This document shows positions 60,956-64,000 of a stretch of DNA of 64,000 nucleotides, piece by piece (the first letter of the stretch is position 1; every line of letters starts with the position of its first letter). The notes beneath the pieces were generated by a model. That model worked only from the letters and a program-made list of their open reading frames with translations. It was not told where the DNA came from and did not search any database. The stretch is from Candidatus Latescibacterota bacterium (lineage in GTDB: Bacteria > Latescibacterota > UBA2968 > UBA8231). The position numbers were made by a program, and so were the translations under genes. The stretch lies in the NCBI GenBank assembly GCA_965223905.1, contig CBDCXV010000011.1, forward strand, positions 928,001 to 992,000, given 5' to 3'.

Positions 60956-61399
60956 TTAGGCGGTCAGGTGCTCGTCCAGAGAGGCGAGGCAGCCTTCCCA
61001 GCCGCTCTGGTGACGGGCGCCCACATCCTCGGAACTGAAACCTTCGTGGATCAGCTCGATCACCGTCCCCTTGCCGCTGCGGCGAAACTCGATGGTGACT
61101 GTTGAAACCTCCCCGTCCATGCTGGTCTGCTCCCATTCCCAGGTCATTACCAGCCTGCGGGGCGGGAGGATTTCCCGGAAAGTCCCCTTGACGAACATGT
61201 GATCCCCGTCCGGCGCCTGCATCTCCAGGCGATAGATGCCGCCGACCCTCAGGTCGACGTCGGCGCTCGGCGCGGTGAATCCGGGCGGGCCCCACCAGTC
61301 CATCAGCTGCTCCGGATCCGTGAAGGCGGCGAACACCGCTTCCGGCGGCGCGGCTGTTTTGTGGGTGAGACGCAGGGAAAAGGGGCCGGGTGCCGTCAT
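60956..61399 (-). CDS. SRPBCC/Aha1 (START-like) domain protein
   Basis: APPEAVFAAFTDPE..WWGP, DLRVGG, PPRRLVMTW, GWEGCL. Confidence 0.92.
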   Translation of the reverse strand: MTAPGPFSLRLTHKTAAPPEAVFAAFTDPEQLMDWWGPPGFTAPSADVDLRVGGIYRLEMQAPDGDHMFVKGTFREILPPRRLVMTWEWEQTSMDGEVSTVTIEFRRSGKGTVIELIHEGFSSEDVGARHQSGWEGCLASLDEHLTA

Positions 61400-61538
61400 T
61401 TCAATTCAACCTCAACCGACTCGTGAATCGGGGTGTATCGGGGTTGTCCGGGCATGGTTCAGAAGCGCAGGATGGCGATCGCAAACAAGTCTCTCCTGTA
61501 GTTGGCATCAGACCGACGGAAAAAGGTCCTTGAAAAAG

Positions 61539-62297
61539 GGCTCCTCTGGAGAATCTGTGGGTGAGGAGGGGACGCTGCGGGGATGGGCATAGAGGAGGCC
61601 AAGGTAGCACAGGCGCATCATCCCCGGTATGTTGGGACAGTCCACCAAGACCGATCCCAACTACCTGTGGAGGGAATGATGCGCCTGATCACGGTACTCA
61701 ACCGGTGCACGACGTTCAAGCAGTTTGTGTTTGAGGGCAGTCATTTTGACAGGCACGGAAGGATGATGGTGAGGATCAGACCACGGAAAAATTCCAGGGC
61801 CGCGTGCAGCGGCTGCGGTCACTTGTCCCCCACCTATGACACGGCCACCGAGGCACGGCTGTTCGAGTTTGTTCCCCTCTGGGGGTTTCCGGTCTTTCTG
61901 GTGTATCGCATGCGCCGGGTTGCCTGCAAAGCCTGCGGCCGGATGGTCGTCGAGAAAGTCCCCTGGAGCACGGGCAAGCACCACCTGACCGACCTCTACC
62001 GGCTGGGGGCAGGGAAGTTTCTCCAGCGCTGGTGTTTCCGTACGATGAGAAGCAACATCGAACCCGATGAAAGACATCGCCAAGATGCTGCGGCGTCATC
62101 AAGAGCTCATCCTAAATTGGTTCAGGGCCAAGAAGCAGTTCAACAACGGCATTGTCGAGGGCTTGAACCTGAAATGGAATCTGACGGTGAGAAAAGCATT
62201 CGGATTCCGCACCTTCAAGGCACTCCAAATCGCTTCGTTCCATCAGCTTGGCGATTTACCCGTACCCCAATTCACCCACGAATTCTACTGACGAGCC
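61539..62297 (+). mobile_element. Internally deleted ISL3-family element
   Basis: TIRs GGCTCCTCTGGAGAATCTGTGGGTGA / reverse complement GGCTCGTCAGTAGAATTCGTGGGTGA; zinc-finger N-terminus (CSGCG...RRVAC..CG) joined to C-terminal NGIVEGLN...RKAFGFR; no matching TSD. Confidence 0.85.
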
Positions 62298-62299
62298 AT

Positions 62300-62864
62300 C
62301 AATTTTACCGACTACGACATCGACCTCTCCTCCAAGAAACGGGGCCGACGAAGACTGGCGCTTCGGGATACGGCTACTCACTTGGCATGGAGGCGGGCCG
62401 CCGTATCGCGTTTGGTGAAAACCGAAACCTGATACCGAGAACGTGGTTGGTTCACACCACGGGTTTCCGTGGACAAATTCACGGATCACGGATGTATATA
62501 TTCACGGATCACGGATGTATATGATGTATATGGTGAACGCGCGCGTGTTTTACCCCACGGCCGATCGCTTCGGTGGAGGCTTCGGGTTGGTGGCCGAATG
62601 GACGCCCGTCTGGGCTAAAAGAAGCCTGTCACTGCGGGGGTGTCGCTGGACACCGAGCGGACCTTCCTGGGAGCCGGGACATCCGTTCTGGTATCGGGAG
62701 AGAGGCTGATCTCCGAAGCCGCGAAAAACAGCCTGCTCCTGGGTCTGAGCGGCACCTATCGCCAGGGCCGCTTCGCCCTCGGGGTCGAGACCTCAGCCGG
62801 GGCGGCTTTGGGATCCGGCCTCATGGAATACTCCGGGTTCCTCCATTTCGGAGTACGGTTTTAG
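62300..62864 (+). pseudogene. Autotransporter-like beta-barrel C-terminal remnant
   Basis: GYGYSLGMEAGRRI...LIPRTW...SVDKFTD...; terminal YSGFLHFGVRF; several frameshifts; truncated at the ISL3 end. Confidence 0.6.
62477..62531. repeat. Nested tandem duplications (23-bp ATTCACGGATCACGGATGTATAT x2, plus an extra GATGTATAT)
   Basis: Read directly from the sequence. Confidence 0.85.
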
Positions 62865-62962
62865 CAGGAAGAAGCCGCCGGGACTGAGGGACGTACGGTC
62901 GCTGGAGCCGTTCCCGCGGCAGGTTGACATGTACCCCCAAGGCAGCGGCCGCTTTGCGGGGT

Positions 62963-63427
62963 TTACCCGGGGCGAAGCTGTCGCAGAAAGCCGTCGAGAT
63001 CCGCGTCGAAACGCTCGCAGAGCCTGGCGACTCGGCCGGCGATCTCCCCGACTTTGAGCGGATCGAGGTCCGCGGTGCAGGGGTGGCGGAACAGATGCCG
63101 GAAGCGGCGCAACTCGTCGAGGATTTCCGCGGTCTCAGGAGACAGCAGGGCGGGCCGAATGCCCTCGATCCGCAGCTTCATGCGGCGCAGCAGGCCGGTG
63201 TGGTAGCCCTCCCCTTCCACCTGGTTCTCGAAGGTCCCGGCAATCTCCTCGAACAAATGCTCGAAGCCGCCGTAGAGGTTGTGGAGCTGGTAGGCCATGC
63301 TGTCCACCCCTTCCGGTGTATCGGCGAAACCGGAGCGCCGCTCGAGGATCCTCTCCGCGAGGCTGTGCAGCTCCTCCCGCCGGCTGTCCAGTGCCGCCTG
63401 CAAGACGGCGAACGAATCCCTATCCAT
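62963..63427 (-). CDS. HEPN-domain (HepT-like) RNase toxin
   Basis: LHNLYGGFE..F..IA..FE, H..LL..M, LRRFRHLFRH (RX4H). Confidence 0.85.
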   Translation of the reverse strand: MDRDSFAVLQAALDSRREELHSLAERILERRSGFADTPEGVDSMAYQLHNLYGGFEHLFEEIAGTFENQVEGEGYHTGLLRRMKLRIEGIRPALLSPETAEILDELRRFRHLFRHPCTADLDPLKVGEIAGRVARLCERFDADLDGFLRQLRPG

Positions 63428-63759
63428 AGACCTCGAGCCCCGCTTCGGTGAACGACTCGGCCGCGGGATGACGGTCGAGGTCGATGACGTCCACCTGCCG
63501 GTCGGTCGCCTCCTCCAGGGCCTTCATCACGTCCAGAAAGCGCATGCGAACAGCCGCTGACCGCGACGTCGACGTCGGATGAGCTGCGCCAAGCCCCCGG
63601 GGTCTTGAGGGAACCCACGATGTAGGCAGCCTCGATCCCATGCTGGCGGCGAATCCGCCGCAAGACCTCCTGCACCCGTTTCAGCAGTGCCTCCCGCTCC
63701 TCCTCCAGCTTCAGCCGCCGGCTCCTCAGGGCCTCGTCCAGTCTGTGCGTGTCGAACAT
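63420..63759 (-). CDS. Minimal nucleotidyltransferase (MNT) antitoxin; frameshift near 63545
   Basis: YIVGS...SDVDVAVSG then ...RQVDVIDL; overlaps the HEPN start. Confidence 0.82.
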
Positions 63760-64000
63760 GAAACCTCCGGCAGATGCGCCTCGGTCAATCTCCACTTCCT
63801 TGGAATCTCAGGGGTCGAAGGTCGGACTACAAGCTACTTGGCAGGTCGACCCCATGTGTGACAGGCAGGTTCACCTCCGCGGCCATCGTCCCCAAGCCCG
63901 AGCTGATCTTTGAAGAGACCGATCGCATTCCCGGCTCGATACTGGATATCGTCGCGGGTCGGGTATGCCTGACAAGCTCGTGCAGGAAGATCGTGGTCGA

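Noticed and set aside
62477-62531. Repeat cluster as CRISPR or iteron
   Set aside because: Contiguous nested duplications inside a pseudogene, with no spacers and no rep gene
63850-64000. Possible gene at the right edge
   Set aside because: No recognisable motif in any frame within the available sequence

Overview
High-GC bacterial DNA. Gene content (DUF6785-type transporter, CRTAC1/ASPIC proteins, a FlgD-Ig/T9SS-like C-terminal domain, many Gfo/Idh/MocA, BNR and PhyH genes) suggests an FCB-related uncultured lineage such as Latescibacterota or Poribacteria; this taxonomy is inference. 1-16 kb looks lower in GC by eye. It holds a sugar ABC operon, oxidoreductases, a membrane transporter and four mobile elements with visible TIRs/TSDs: an IS1380 derivative, a 52-bp element, a 150-bp MITE and an intact IS256. 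An abrupt gene-to-gene junction near 16.07 kb leads into GC-richer catabolic genes. Main highlights: (i) an archaeal-type pantoate kinase + phosphopantothenate synthetase pair downstream of a comA-like gene; (ii) an unannotated secreted UxxC selenoprotein (in-frame TGA plus SECIS-like hairpin) with a T9SS-like C-terminal domain, in an operon with TlpA and facing a DUF6029-like beta-barrel; (iii) a lipoprotein with two DUF151 bifunctional-nuclease domains. Many genes carry single-base frameshifts, several in homopolymers, which may be sequencing errors. No rRNA, tRNA or CRISPR array was recognised. All family calls come from motif recognition by eye, not database searches.
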